A DNA stretch of 62,293 nucleotides, filler included, from Choristocarpus tenellus KU-1152 (Eukaryota > Protista > Phaeophyceae), in the NCBI GenBank assembly GCA_964200185.2. It is 11 parts of 11 records of this genome, joined end to end, with 100 filler letters (N's around TTAATTAATTAA, not from the genome) between each part and the next. Parts side by side here need not be neighbours in the genome. Positions count along the whole stretch, not along the records: positions 25,319 to 28,346 come from CAXNAD020022839.1; positions 28,447 to 42,547 come from CAXNAD020001278.1; 9 more parts are not named here. One strand, 5' to 3'. Both the position numbers and the translations under genes were made by a program. The notes beneath the pieces are model-generated. The model was not told the origin of the DNA. It did not search any database and saw only the letters and a list, made by a program, of their open reading frames with translations. Within the stretch, counting starts at the first letter, position 1. Each line of letters begins with the position of its first letter. Shown here piece by piece: positions 25,491 to 38,793 of the stretch.

Positions 25491-27400
25491 GCCTTCATAC
25501 TGAAAGGCAACTTCCCAAGCATGTTGAGCCTCAGTGGAGTTACATCTGCTGTACCATGGTAGCTCAACCTCTCTACATCCACCCCTTCCGTAGCTAGGGA
25601 CACATCCTCATGAGTACCCTGGATGTTTCGCAGGCCAGTATGGCCTGCATAAGGATTAATATTGGGATCTCGGCTTGGCGGCAGCAGAGGCATCCCATGA
25701 TCCACATCATCAGGAACCATCTCATAGACCCTCACTGCCCTGCCACTCGTACTCCCACCACCAGTGCCTTGCCCGAACTCGGTAGCAGGTTGTGGAGCTA
25801 GCCCCTGCTGGCTCCTTGTACCTTGGGCTGCACCTAGACGACTTATTCCTCCCCCTACACTTGAGGATTGCTGTCTGGTACCCCTGGGTTGTTGTTTTTC
25901 TCCTGGTCCAGATCCCCTCCCAGGGTCTATACCTCTACCACGATGCTGTGGGTGCCTCTGCTGCTGATGCTGCTGCTCCTTCCGGACTCCAACCAACAAA
26001 CTTCGGCATTGAGCATGTTTATGCCCAACTTTACCGCATGCATCACAAGTCCCTTGGAACTAGTGCCTCGTCACACTAAGTCCACTAGCAGGTGTGCCTT
26101 TCCCTGGCTTGCCATTCGTTTCCCACAACCTTAGGCTTCCCCTCTTGGTATTTGCCACCGGGTTCAACTTGCTTGATTCGTTTCGTTTCGTAATCCCGGG
26201 TCCTCTCATACATTCTCCAATTTTCGGCTTCCTTTACCACCTCAAAGATCTGGTCTGAATCCTTTTTTAGCTTAGGATCCCATGCTACATACTTAGCAAT
26301 TTCAGCCTTAAACGCAGGGGGTTTAAACTCTGCAATAAAGGGCTCTGAGAGTACCTTTCCTGGCCCTGTCTTCCAAGTCTCACCTACTTGTCCATCTTTA
26401 TTTCGGAAAGCACTATCCAGGTTATTATCTTCCAGATAGCTTTGGTTCAAAGTATCTGGGGGGGGGTGGTGGCTGTCCATTTGAGGTCAATTTTTTCATG
26501 CCGCGATTTTTGGGTGATTTGGTTGCATAGATCGGATGGATAATGTAAGTGTACTTTTCCTAGTTTTGGTCCAAATGGACACCCTGGTGTAGACAGCCAC
26601 CCCCCCCAGATACCTTGGGCCTTTCGATGTCCTGGATCACACCCATGACCCTGTCCGCGGCAGACCCTTCATTTCCCATGCGGGCCACCCTCCGTAAATC
26701 CCTTTGGATTTGCCCCATGTCGAAGGTTCTGCTTTCGTCATCAACTTTCGCCACCTTCTTAAGCGCTTTAAGGAGTTGCTTGTCCGTCACTGCAACCCAA
26801 TTGTTTTTAGTTCACCCTGCACCAGTGCTTGTCTCTGAGCAACGGTTAAGGACTCGGACAGCGTCGTGAATGCAATTTGTACACCTCCTTTTGAGTGTTG
26901 CATCCTGACGCTCATCTCATTTTCGCGTCGAGCTGTCAGAAACTCCCTCACCTCCTCTTCAGCAAGTCTCTCAAACCGTGGAGGTAGAATATGCTGCGCT
27001 ATCTGCAATTTAGACCAATCGGTCTCACGCAACCCCCCCCGGGCTGCGCCAGGTCCATCTCCGCCGTTCATTGACATATTGGACCCTGTCCATCAAGTAA
27101 CTATGCTGGTTTCTGCCTGGTTGTGTGCACTCCAAGCTCCAGCAAGCTCCCGCGATCACATCTTGGCCTTCCCCAGCCAATTCTAGTGCCGCACTTGATC
27201 CTATGGTCAGGTCTCGAGAATTCAATTGAATTATAGACAGTTCAACCACAGGAACTGGTCTATAATAGCTTGTAAGGACTCCACCTCACGTTGGGGCTTA
27301 CAGCTCTATTATTTATTAAGGGAGTGAGCATAGATCCAGTTAAGGATCCCTTATGTTCCAAGCATCAAATAATGCGAACGCCTCAGCTATGTTAGGAAAG
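25491..27400 (-). mobile_element. LTR-retrotransposon gag (probably Ty3/gypsy) with CCHC knuckle, interrupted by MITE-B
   Basis: Frameshifted ORF from 27077; CDACGKVGHKHAQC near 26005-26050; removing MITE-B and one TSD restores QDIESYLED; putative LTR end (CTTACA on minus strand) at 27271. Confidence 0.75.
26444..26621. mobile_element. MITE-B complete copy (inside gag)
   Basis: GGTTCAAAGTATCTG(n)...C(n)AGATACCTTGGGCC; TSD TTT/TTT. Confidence 0.92.
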
Positions 27401-27422
27401 CCCTCCATGCTGTGTCTACAGA

Positions 27423-27541
27423 CTGGAACAAGGATATTGACACTTCCTAACAAACATGATCGCCAAAATTACGTCAAAATCGCAAGATTTGATTTTGACC
27501 CCCAAATAGACGTGGCTCTACCCTCTAAGATACTTTGACCC
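27423..27541 (+). mobile_element. MITE-A copy 3 (3' half only)
   Basis: Matches the 3' half and right TIR. Confidence 0.85.
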
Positions 27542-27619
27542 TAATCGTGAAAGACATCTCTAAAATCTATATATTATTTGACTACCACCTCTCTCTCCAA
27601 CTATGCCGCCCACGTATCT

Positions 27620-27880
27620 TAGCCCTACACCACAGGGCGAGGAGCTAGGGAAGCATCCCAAGAATCTGACAAGCCCTTCCTTGCCCATCTCCCTGGTGTC
27701 TCCAGCTTGAAGTGCATCGTAGTGGGTGCTCTTTCTTGCCTCAGCTGCTGCAGCAGCAGCTACACCATTACTGGCGGATGTGTGTGGTAGATGGGAGGCT
27801 GCTTGCACTTCGACAAAAGTAACATGTAGGAGGAGGCCTTTGTCCCAGTAGGGACCTGATCCAGCTTCCGCAAGTGTGTT
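27620..27880 (-). CDS. Probable isolated exon of an unidentified gene
   Basis: Open, protein-like segment (LLLHVTFVEVQAASHLP...) ending near a GT donor. Confidence 0.3.
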
Positions 27881-27989
27881 AAAAAATAGGCTACTCATCT
27901 GTTTCTTCTTGATATGATACAAAACTGCCAGCTTGTATTGACTGTTGATTGGTCAACTGCACTACTGGTTGTTATTGTTCCTTTGTATG

Positions 27990-28346
27990 TTGTGCATCTC
28001 AGGTCATCACATCAGTAACAGTAGATAGAAGTATAGCATCAGTTGATACACATCACACACTGGAACATCATAGCAAGCGTCATCCAAGTTAATTCTGATA
28101 TTGTTCCAAGCGCGTTCCTCTGTTACCTTTTGTTTTTTTTCTTTGTTGTTGCCTGTCATCTCTCTTCTTTTTATCAGCAGAAGACCTCATCTGGAAGTTA
28201 ATTGTTATTATTGTTTCATTGGTTGTCATTGCCCCCTCATAATGCACCAAACTCACTCTGCAATAAGTGTACCTGACGCACACCTGGATGTAATATAATC
28301 AGAGTTAAAACTATCTACCTAAACCCTTGCCAGCCAAGGTAACAAG
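27990..28346. repeat. Dispersed repeat family G (second copy about 59810-60170)
   Basis: Shared aatgcaccaaa...atataatcagagt.aaaac.atc.ac..aacccttgccagc.aaggtaacaag. Confidence 0.7.
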
Positions 28347-30023
28347 NNNNNNNNNNNNNNNNNNNNNNNNNNNNNNNNNNNNNNNNNNNNTTAATTAATT
28401 AANNNNNNNNNNNNNNNNNNNNNNNNNNNNNNNNNNNNNNNNNNNNGGTGCAAAGTGGAGTACCATTTGCATCTGGTCTTAGCGCATTCTTGGAGAACCC
28501 TGACTGAGTAAAGAAAACATCAAGAGTATTGTAGAGCTGCTGTAGCTTCCTGGGCAGTTGCTACAGGGTAGGTTAGGTATTGCCTGAAAAGAAGATTAAG
28601 CTAGTGTGTATGTTGATTATAGAATGACACTATTCATAAGAATAGTATGTGTATGTATGTGTGTGTGTGTCCAATTATCAACAGTGCACCAATTTTGAGA
28701 CTAAAGTGGATACTACTGCTGAAATAATTGGAGGTTTTGGTAGTTACTTGTTGCCAGTGACAAAGCAATGCTTGTCACAATTTTTTCCCCTGATGTTCAG
28801 CACGAAAGAGCAGCACACAGCACACAGCCAGGGTCATTATTGGTAGTAGTAGTAGTAGTAGTATGTTGTGGTTTGTCAAAGGGTGGGGACTGAGGCAATT
28901 GGCGGCAGGCAATGGGGCTCTGCTGTGTGGTTGGTGGGTGCCACTATGTCCACAGTTGAAGGGCTAGTTAAATTTCTTTTGGGAGCTCCACGTGTACGAG
29001 GATTTGATTTTTTCTTGTAGGGGGATTTTGACCTCTGTACTTTGAAGGGAAGTTATACTGAGGGTGGTAGGCTGGACTCTAGTGTCGTGATTTATATAAT
29101 GTTTTTATATTAACACAGTTTACACTATTAGGTTCATCACATGCCAACATGCCCCCTTCCGGTAGAAACTGCCTGCTAGGACACCAACATCCCAGATAGT
29201 TTTGTAGAGAACACTGTACTGTGGTGCGTACTGGTGCCACATCATTGGGGAGTTTAGAACATCATGCAATTTTTAATTATCAGCATTCCTTACCAACTAT
29301 AAAGAGCTTCGTCTCAACCCAGTGTGCTCCTCTTCCTGTAAGAAATAGTAAGTGAAAATAGAAGTGTTTTTTTTTTCAAGATTTGCCTTAGGCACAGTCC
29401 AACCTGTTGAGAGTTGGGGGGTTTTTTGCTCACAGCATGCTATGCTCGTAGACCCTTGGGGAACAACGAACCAAATTGTTTTATATGACTGTTTGACTTA
29501 ACGTGTTACAGATCCCCCAGACTCCACCAATTCTCCATTGACTCCTCATGTTCTCTTCCCTGCTGCCACTGGGTTCTTCTAGCTATCATTATTGGCACAC
29601 TTTAGACATTACTCGAGCATATGGCAGAGGTGTTGTGAAAGAGAAATATGACTATGTTATGTTGCCTCTTTTGCAAAGTTTACAAAATGCATACCGTGAA
29701 CAAGTTGGACAATGGGATTCACCCTTGTGTTCAACAAAAGCAGCAAAGGAAACAAAAAACAACACAAACACAACATTGCAAGAAAAGCAATGGCGATAAA
29801 GGAAGAAAGTCACTAGTAATTATCTTTGTGTTAACTCTGTGTAATATAATGCATGCAGGGTGTAACTCCAAAGTGTGAATGTAGAGTATCTTGGTGTGTT
29901 GGCAGGAATTACTTTTCATCTTCCTGCTCTTGTCACTGCTGTTTACAGTGGCTATTGAGAATGTGAAAGAACATCTGCCCCTAAACTCTTGCACTTCCCA
30001 ACAATTGGTTTATTTTTCCTCAG

Positions 30024-32119
30024 ATAGAAAGGCGTCAAGATTTCCGTGCTGCAAAGGCACAGGCATTTGTGGAAAGGCGCTTGCAAGCAGACCTCAAAAG
30101 GGCTAGACGCCTGGTGGAGGACCTTGATGAGCGCAAGGGAAAAGCAAGGTGTGCACACCCCAATACCAATATGCAGTACTTGATGTGTTGGTTTTAATAG
30201 TTGACTGTGTAATCACTGTAGTACATTATCGACTTCATTTTCATTCAGTGACATGGATGAACCAATGTAGGAGTGTGACTAGGTTCAATGATCAAGGTTA
30301 TGTTGCACTACTGTGTTCATATTTAGCCTTCGAAGTACAATAGTACATGCTCACATTGGGGACCATCCAACAGCTTCATGTGAGGTAAGGAAATAAAGCT
30401 TGAAATGAGAGGCCACAGCAAAGTAACTTCACTCTTGGAGTAGATACCACTGATATCAGCAACAATCAATATATTAGGCTGGGATACATATCGTTTCTAA
30501 CAGTACGAAGTATGTGATCATGAAGCACTCCACTTGCGTGGTCATTTTTCCATACTTACTGGTTTCCTCTGGACTTTGTGATCAACAAAGTCAAGTTAAA
30601 CCGTTTAAGTCAATTTGCACTTTATTGGAACAGATTTTCCACAAGTGCTGTCTACTTCAACTGAACCTTGAGTACTTGCTCCATTATGTTACAGTGTCAA
30701 GGAATTTCTCCCTTTTTATTTTCCAGTGTTCTATTGTTGATAAGACATACAACTTGCGACAAACTCAAGCTTAAGGCATAAAGCACTACCAACTATGCCA
30801 CCACCCTCAATGAAAGAGAAATGCTGCATGTGTGGACTGATTGTTCTTGGGAGGAAATTGGGGATGAGTAGTCAGCTGCCTATGGAATGAATTGTTGTTT
30901 GCAGGATAGAGATGGACTAGTAGAGTAGATTGGGGGATAAGGCTTGGTATTTCACCTTGCTTGAGCATCCTGAGTGAAAGTATCTTCAGAGGGTACGAGT
31001 TTTGCCCTGTTTGTCTATTTGGGGCTTAGCTTCCCTCACGATTTTTTGTGACATTTTCCTTCTCCAAAATATTTCGGAGTAGGTAAAATGTATACGTTAT
31101 GAAAAGGTGTGTCTGGAACAAGGATATTGACACTTCCTAACAAAAATGATAGTCAAAATTACATTGAAATCGCAACATTGGATTTTGGACCCCAAATGGA
31201 CACGGCTTTACCCTCTAAGATACTTTGGCTCTCCTCTTCCATCTCTTTATCTCCAGGTGGTTAATGTGGCCTGAAGAGGTAGGAGAGGAGGATAAAGAGG
31301 AGGAAGATGATAGATGGGAGTGTAAGGGGGAAGTAAATGAGCATGAACCAGCAGTACCAGCTGTTGGTGGCTCAGGTGGGGCATCAGGGAACATCTCGGC
31401 AGAGGATTGTAAAAAAGAAAAGGGGGAAGAGGAGGAGGACGTCCAGCAGGCATGGGAGGATATGAGTGTAGAGGAAAAGGTGAGAACTTTGTGCATGCAT
31501 TGAGTCTTGATAAAAGGCATTTCATTCCTTAGCATTTACAGTGCAGGTGTGTGGCATATATTGAAGAACCCTATCACTCATGCCTTGTATTGTCAGGTAC
31601 TTGTGCATGCTCTGTCAAGTCCAAGCAGGAATAGTACTACCATTGTTCAAAAAACTTACAAAGGGGAAAGTGTTCAGAACCTATCAACCCCCCCAAAGTG
31701 TTCCACCTCATCCTGGTAGGATCATCAATCATGTGAAGAGGAATACATTTTCACAGTTGGTCACTTCATCTTTCTCACTGACTTGAAACTTCATAGTGTT
31801 ATGTTATTTTGGTAAGAATAGAATAGTTAGCAGCAAGCAGTGGCACACCATCTTTTTTGTACAGTTTACATGACCATGTACCCTCCCCCACCTCTCACTT
31901 TCCATTTGTCTCCATGTTTTTACTGTCTCTTCAATCTGACATAGATGTTAACATGTTCCTGTCCCAACCCACCTTGAACATCAGCTCATCGCCTGCATAC
32001 ATTACCTGCGTGAGGTTCATCTGTACTGCATGTACTGTGCATGTGCATATGCTCCCGATGACTTGAAGTATTCCTGTCCTGGTCCGAGCAGGGATGACCA
32101 TGATCAAGAAGAAATTTAG
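30024..32119 (+). CDS. GPATCH11: G-patch domain-containing protein 11-like (DUF4187 C-terminus), 3' exons 30024-30148, 31257-31479, 31985-32119
   Basis: Phase-consistent GT-AG splicing; last exon LIACIHYLREVHLYCMYCACAYAPDDLKYSCPGPSRDDHD fits DUF4187 (YLR..H.YC..C...Y.......CPG....DH). The G-patch itself lies off this contig. Confidence 0.85.
30972..31231 (+). mobile_element. MITE-A copy 4 (GPATCH11 intron)
   Basis: TIRs; TSD TCCT/TCCT. Confidence 0.93.
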
Positions 32120-32949
32120 TTGACCAGCAAGCCCTGCCTATGCACAGAGCAGCCTGCAGACTGGTTGGAAAATCGATATTCCGACATGCTAGTGTGAACA
32201 TGTGCATCTCTCCCTCAAGTATTTCCCGTCTCCATATGGACAAGGCTCAGTGGAAGAAAAGTACAGAAGGATGTTGATTTATGGGATAAAAGACCTAATG
32301 GCATGTTTACTTTGTACAAAAATCACAGCAACAGCTCCACCAATCATCTCTGGAAGTGTAATTTCCCAACTCATAATAATGGCAAAAGGTACATTAATAG
32401 TTGCTTTGTTCACAGGCAATACTTTAACAATTTGTTCTTGAAGTTCATTCAAAGATGAAGTGCAATAAATAAATAGTGTGAATGTACTATGTACATCATC
32501 CACTAGTCGACAAGATCGGTAGAATTCGACTCAAGATTTTTAAACATACAAAAAAAATACATGGGAGTGAAGAAAAACAATTAGCCCTGGGCATGTGCAT
32601 ACTCTACCCCTCTATTGAGAGAGATTCCACGGCGGTCATTGCAAGAATCAGTTGCTCATATACTCCAATGCTGTCAATGAAAACTGTCTTCTTTATGTAC
32701 TCGTTGTGGTCGTGGAGGCTTAAAGGATGCGAGTTGGAAATACTGCAATGAGACAACCACATGCCTCTAAAGCATGTAAGATCAATAAACCACAGGAAAA
32801 GATTGAGATTGAACCTCGTTTGGGATACTTGGGTGAGAGAGAAGCGCATATTTAAAATATCACCTTCATGTATGTTCTGCCTGCCGTAACCATAGATTCT
32901 TCCCGAGTCAACGTCATGCTCCACGGCAAATGGATCCGTGTCCCATTGT

Positions 32950-33345
32950 TCTATCACAGCTGGAACCACATCGTAGTGTCCGTTCAACGGAATACACGAC
33001 AACTCCGGTTCCGACCCTGTCCAATACATGATCACACTTGTCTTTTCCTCCACCAGATTTACAGTCTTACATGTCCCAATGATAAGTGACTGGAGGCGAA
33101 ATGTGTAAGCCATGCGGCGGCCTCAGCGTAGGATCCATTGATTGTACGGATCTGCAAAACTCCCTTAAATTCCACTTTATAATGTCACCAAAAGGAATAC
33201 ATTGATGAGGATGTGCGAAATGAGATCAGAGACCGCCGCGCTTGTCCAAGACAACAAATCCATAGGTCTTACCACAGCGAAGGTTTCTTCATCCATACAT
33301 ACCTCTAACTGCAGCAATTTTGCCTCCTACCACAGCTGGAGTCCA
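32950..33345 (-). pseudogene. Possible decayed OTU-like cysteine protease domain (transposon cargo)
   Basis: Motif order VVGG.NC (needs a frameshift) ... SYAEAAA/MAYTFRLQSLII ... LNGHYD. Confidence 0.3.
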
Positions 33346-33859
33346 GAACCTCAAATGGAAAGGTTACTGGTTATACCACAACATAAGAAATACTCTTGTG
33401 GTGTTTCTGTTGAGTGTGGTGTAGGAGGTATCAAGTTCAATACACCATATTATACATTATTTCCAAATAAATCTGGGAGGTCGTAACAATACACAAGAAC
33501 GAGTTTAATGTACTTGTGGCGAACAGATCGTGTTCTGAGGTAATCTCAGTCCAATCCACGTCTGCGCGCTCACACAAGTGGACTCCACGTTGATTTATTT
33601 TGTGATTGATGATACCGTCACCATGAAATATAAGGCTGAAGTATTATCAAACCCTTCGGGGTTGATTGTAACAATATTTTTCCATTGGTTTTCTCCTGAC
33701 ACATCTGCAAAATGTCAGAGGGCATAATAAAATATTATAATATGAGTGCTTTCATTTGTTTTCCCCCTGACACATCTGCAAAATGTCAAAGGGCATAATA
33801 ATAACAGCAATAATATGACGTCGTTTATGTTAGTTAGGGTTAGGGTTAATAGCAAAGAG

Positions 33860-36800
33860 ACATTTACTGAAAGCACCATTTTGACACAACTTATGATTAT
33901 GAAAATCCCAAACGACTGATTACACCCTGCCTCACGACAGTGGTACTCACCCGGACAGTCTCAGGGATGTATCTCTCAAGGAAAGAGGTATCGAAAGACA
34001 AGAAAAATGGAGACAAAAACGACGCAATAAAAGGGAAGATCACTAGCCCAAACTAGTCTGAACAAATTCCAAGCCCGGCATCTGGGGAATTTATCGATGT
34101 TCGATCAACTAATTTGGTTGATGGCGTCCTAGGAGGCTCGATTGAACAAGACGGGGCGGCGTGGATTGAACCCAGGGACAGGTCCCCCCGCAGTACGCTT
34201 CCCCCATCAAGCGACCGATACATGGTTCTGGGGGAGAGCTGTGAGTCTGACGAACCGACTCAGCTTACATCCCTTAGGACGGAGGCCATAAAGAAAATCT
34301 TACTGGATTTCACCTCTGGCAGGCTGCAAGATCATGCACTGGTAATATCTGCACTTCAGGCATATTCCGTCCAGATTCCGACTGGAAGACAGATAAGTTC
34401 AACTAATGCTCACACTGCAATCGGCCCATATATCATCAACACTGTTTCAGCCGAAGACTTAGCGATGATCAAATTCTTTGAATCAGGCAAAGATGGGAGG
34501 CAATGTGTCGCTGTCCCAGACCTGATGTCAGTATTCTTGCAATACCGTGCAAGAATTTGTTCATTGGCGATAGTGAAGAAGGAGTTGGTATCAGTAGTCG
34601 AACATGAGGCTTATGAGCAAACCTTGGATGACCTGTGCCTTCAAAATTTTGTCCACATGCATCCGTCTGGTAGCTCTGTATCCCAACACCACGCCCGAAT
34701 ATTTTTGGCTTTGACTCACTTTTCGTCTTGGGATCAGTTGGTAGTTGAATTTACCCGGCAGTTTGGGTCGCAGTTTCCCTTGGATGATTAATTACTTCAG
34801 AACCGCCGTTCATCTCAACATGCCAGAATGGGAACGGGCAAGGGCATTTGGGAGAAGAGTATGGCAAGCAGTATGCAATTTTGTTAGAGCCATGCCCGTA
34901 AATGAAGAAGGCCAACTAAAGTTTACCGACTGCTTAGCCATGTCTGTGTTCAACCTTGGTGCCCAACCCTCCATTTTACGGGCCATCCGATCCCTGCCCA
35001 ACCCACCCAAGGATTTTGACGCACTGGTCGATGCCCCTGCATCAGAGATGCATCTCGATCAGGCCTAGAATTCGGGGACCGTTCGCATCTCAGCGTTACG
35101 AATTCAACTCTGGCAACTGAAGAATTATTGTCAATGCCGGTTACGGAGCTACGATTTTCCGACCTTGAACCCCTACAGAGATTAGCACAGGAACAGCAAG
35201 CAGAAATCAAGATGCTCCGGAATAAAAAAGAACCTTCCCTTCCTCTTCAAAATGGGAACCAATACCTAAGCTGGGGAAAGCCGAGAAGAAACGCGCACGC
35301 GTTGATTCCCACAACTTTTTTTTGTGAGTTTCCTGGCTGTAGTGCTAAATTGAGGAAGCGTGACAGCACAGCACCCATTGTTGTTTTTCAACCCAGATGA
35401 TGACAACTACAAACCAAACAACCGACCCTGCACCTGATGCCTCAAATGAGATGATGCAGCAATTTGTTGCAACCCTTACTGGCTATTTGTCAGCTCAGGG
35501 CTCTGAGGAGTCAGCTCCCCAAGATCATGCTACCTCTGGGCTTGAGGGAGGAATAGGAAAAGCAACAATCATGTGTAGCAGTGCCCAGTACAAGTAGTTG
35601 CCTTTTTTTTTGTCTTTGGTCAGGTTCAGAGTTTGTTGATAGGTCTAGTATTATAGGATGTGTTAATCCATTGGTTTCCTACGCAGTTGTGAGCATGTTA
35701 CAAATTGTAACTCTGATAGGCTAAGTAATGAAAGACATGGGCAACACATGCCTACACCAGATCTTTGCATTTTTCCTTTGGAATCTGACCCAGAAGTTGA
35801 CAACCAACATGGTTGTCACCCAAACAGGACACTTGATGATGCATCCAAACAACCACTGTCCCAGTCACATCTTTCTGACAATGATTTTTTGGTCTCCAGC
35901 CCTGATGTGAAAAAACCTACAACGGTTGATGACTTAAAATGACCACATTACAATCCATTGCCTTAAGCTCAATTTGTTAATGCAATAACAACCTCAGCTG
36001 TGAAGTACTCTCCAAAATTTATTGGATCAATTAGTGAAGGCTTTGTTCCATCTCAAATTTGTTGCACTAAGTCAGGTTATGTTTGGCATACATCTGCGAT
36101 TCAATGTTACTCTAAGCACCCTTGTAATTTGCAGGTTTCATCTCATTGAGTATCAATTTCTGGCAAAATTGGTGATTCAGTTTTGCACATCACAGTTGAT
36201 ACTGCAACTGATATTCCTGTCATTACCCATCTATAAATGGAAGCCCACCCCACTCTTTGTTCCACTCGCATCAGTCCTACACCAGATGGTGCCCTACATT
36301 TGAAAGGGGCTGGGGGAAGACCATTGCAAGAACATGGCTTTATTCAATTTAAACTAGCCTTGAGAAATGAAATACTGCTTGTTCAAGCAGTTGTTCTGCC
36401 TTCCCTAGGTGTTGACAAAGTACTTTTGGACAACAGTATCATGGCTGCTTTTTGGAGCAAAGTTGGATTGGGATAGAGTGGAAATAACATTTTCTGGGAG
36501 CATAGTTCGCGTCCCAGCCACTCATAAAAATTATCCTATACCTATTGTGAATCCACCACTCGTCAGCCAAAGTACTGTTCCCTCATTTTCAACAAAGATG
36601 ACAGTGGTTACAGTAGCAACTAAGTTTACTGTACCTAACACTTAAAGCATATTTACCCTTGGGAACCGAAACTGTTGTTTCGTTGTTTTTGCACGCCTTG
36701 CCTGGATCAGGTAAAGATGTTGCGGTGGAGCCCATGTCTTGATGCTCAGTCAGCCTACTGGCAACTACCTATCACTGACGCATGTCAATGCCAAAATACT

Positions 36801-38200
36801 GCTTTTGTTGCACCAGATGGGAATATGATTCAAAATGCTACCCTTTGATGCTGGTGATGCACTATGGGCTTACTTATTTATCTTGATGACATTGTACTAG
36901 CCTCCCCAATGTGGAACGATCGTATTCAACTTCCTGAGACAGTGTTGTCATTACTGCAGCAAGTAGGAGGAACCCTTGAACCATCTAAAGTCCAATTCAG
37001 CTCGAAGTCAATTAAATATTTAGGACATGATGTCAGCCCCAGTGGTATTGCTGTGTCACCAGATCGAACCCAGGCTAATACTGATCTGAAGCCCCCTAAC
37101 TCTGTGAAAGAATTACAAGAATTACAATCCTTTCTAGGTTCCATGAACTTGTTAGGAAATACATTCCCCATTTGACTGTAATTACTGAACCCCTGGTGTC
37201 ACATACAAGAAAAGGTACAATGAATTCTGGAAGGGACAAAAGTCTCTCAACTATGGGGACAACCACAACAAAATTATTTTAATGAATGTAAACGCCATTA
37301 ACTATGGCACCAGTGCTAAGCCTTCACTCAAAGTATCTGGGGGGGGAAGGGGGGGGGTCTACACCAGGATGCCCATTTGGGCCCTGACCAGGAAAGGTTT
37401 ACTTCCATTATCCATCCGACACATGCAACCAACTCACCCAAATATTGAGACATGGAAAAATGGGCCCCAAATGGACAGTCACCCCCCCCCACCCTGATAC
37501 TTTGAGCCTTTCCAGATTTTACTATTAGTTTTTTATTCACACAGATGCTAGTGATGTTGGTATGGGAAGTTTTTTGGCACATGAAAATGAGGACAACAGT
37601 TTCCAAATTGTAGCCTACCATAGTGCCTTTTTTAAGCCAACTCAAAGACGATATTCAGCAACTCAGAAAAAATATTCTTGACATAACACATTGGCACCCA
37701 TATGTTTGGGGTAAGCACTTTACAGTTGTAAGTGATCACTCGGCTTGACGTTACTTACAGACAATGCCAGATACTTCCAATATGTTGACCCGGTGGGCGT
37801 TAGCCTTACAATCCTTTGACTTCATAGTTTTCCATAAATTGGAACTTTTGCACTACTTTCAGGACATACATGTTAACCTGGACACAATTGGAGGAATTTA
37901 TGAAGGATGAAACACCACTTCCACTAGCCTCATTGTGCCGCAATATTGGCCAAACAGATTCAGATGTCTCCATACCCAATGTCTACCCTTCATATGACCT
38001 ATTGGTGGATAACCTAAGTGAAATTACCAGAGTATAAAACGATACGAAACACTCACTAGCACCGTTAATATTTTCCCTAAGGTGGATTCTGAAGTACTAT
38101 TCAAAGCTCAACAAGCTCAATATGGGGACTATTTCAAATATTTTGCTAACCCAGAAAAAAGCCCCTTTACCAAAGAACAATGTATACCATGAATACTCAG
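33860..38200 (+). mobile_element. Decayed Ty3/gypsy element (LTR end/PBS, gag, PR, RT, RNaseH)
   Basis: ...CGACA-G-TGGTACTC PBS at 33941; gag-like ORFs 34114-35600; IYLDDI, KYLGH, ELQSFLG, APVL..PDF, TDASDVG, RWALALQSFDF. Confidence 0.9.
37325..37508. mobile_element. MITE-B complete copy (inside gypsy RT/RNaseH junction)
   Basis: Same TIRs; splits APVL..PDF; TSD length ambiguous (3-4 bp). Confidence 0.9.
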
Positions 38201-38793
38201 CATTGTCATTTATAGGTTTGAATCATTTTGTCTTAAGCAGGGAACTGTTGGGATCCCTCGGCCCTCTCAATGGTTTCCCCCCTTAAGTAAATAGGATTTT
38301 GTTTTGAGGTCACCCAGTGTGAGGTGGCTGTGTTCCTCGTAGGCGGGCACATGGTTTCAGTTCCACGAACGTCCAAAAGATTGGAACTGGAAGAAAACAG
38401 GACCTCAACCCAGAACTCCAGATATTCGTACTACTAACAAAGGTACCTGAAGGTTAGAATACAAGTTTTTATTTTCAAACCTAAGGATTAGGCAGTATAC
38501 AGATTCTTCATAACGGAAGTGGACAACCATTTCCTGACAAGACAGGATATATTATCTTTCACTTTCAGGAAAGCAAGGTAATAAATAATTCAAGGTATTG
38601 ATCCACATACAAAGAAAGGTAGTCACTGATCTAGTTCCTTCAAAACCCTATGCCTCAATGCAGTGAGACATCTACTGTGGCCTAGCGCAACCCGCAATCA
38701 AGAATAGAGGACAATAATAGTTTCCCGTTCCCGATTACACTGGTTAAGGGTTACCCAGATGATTAGTGGATTTTGTTTATTTTACCATAGTTT

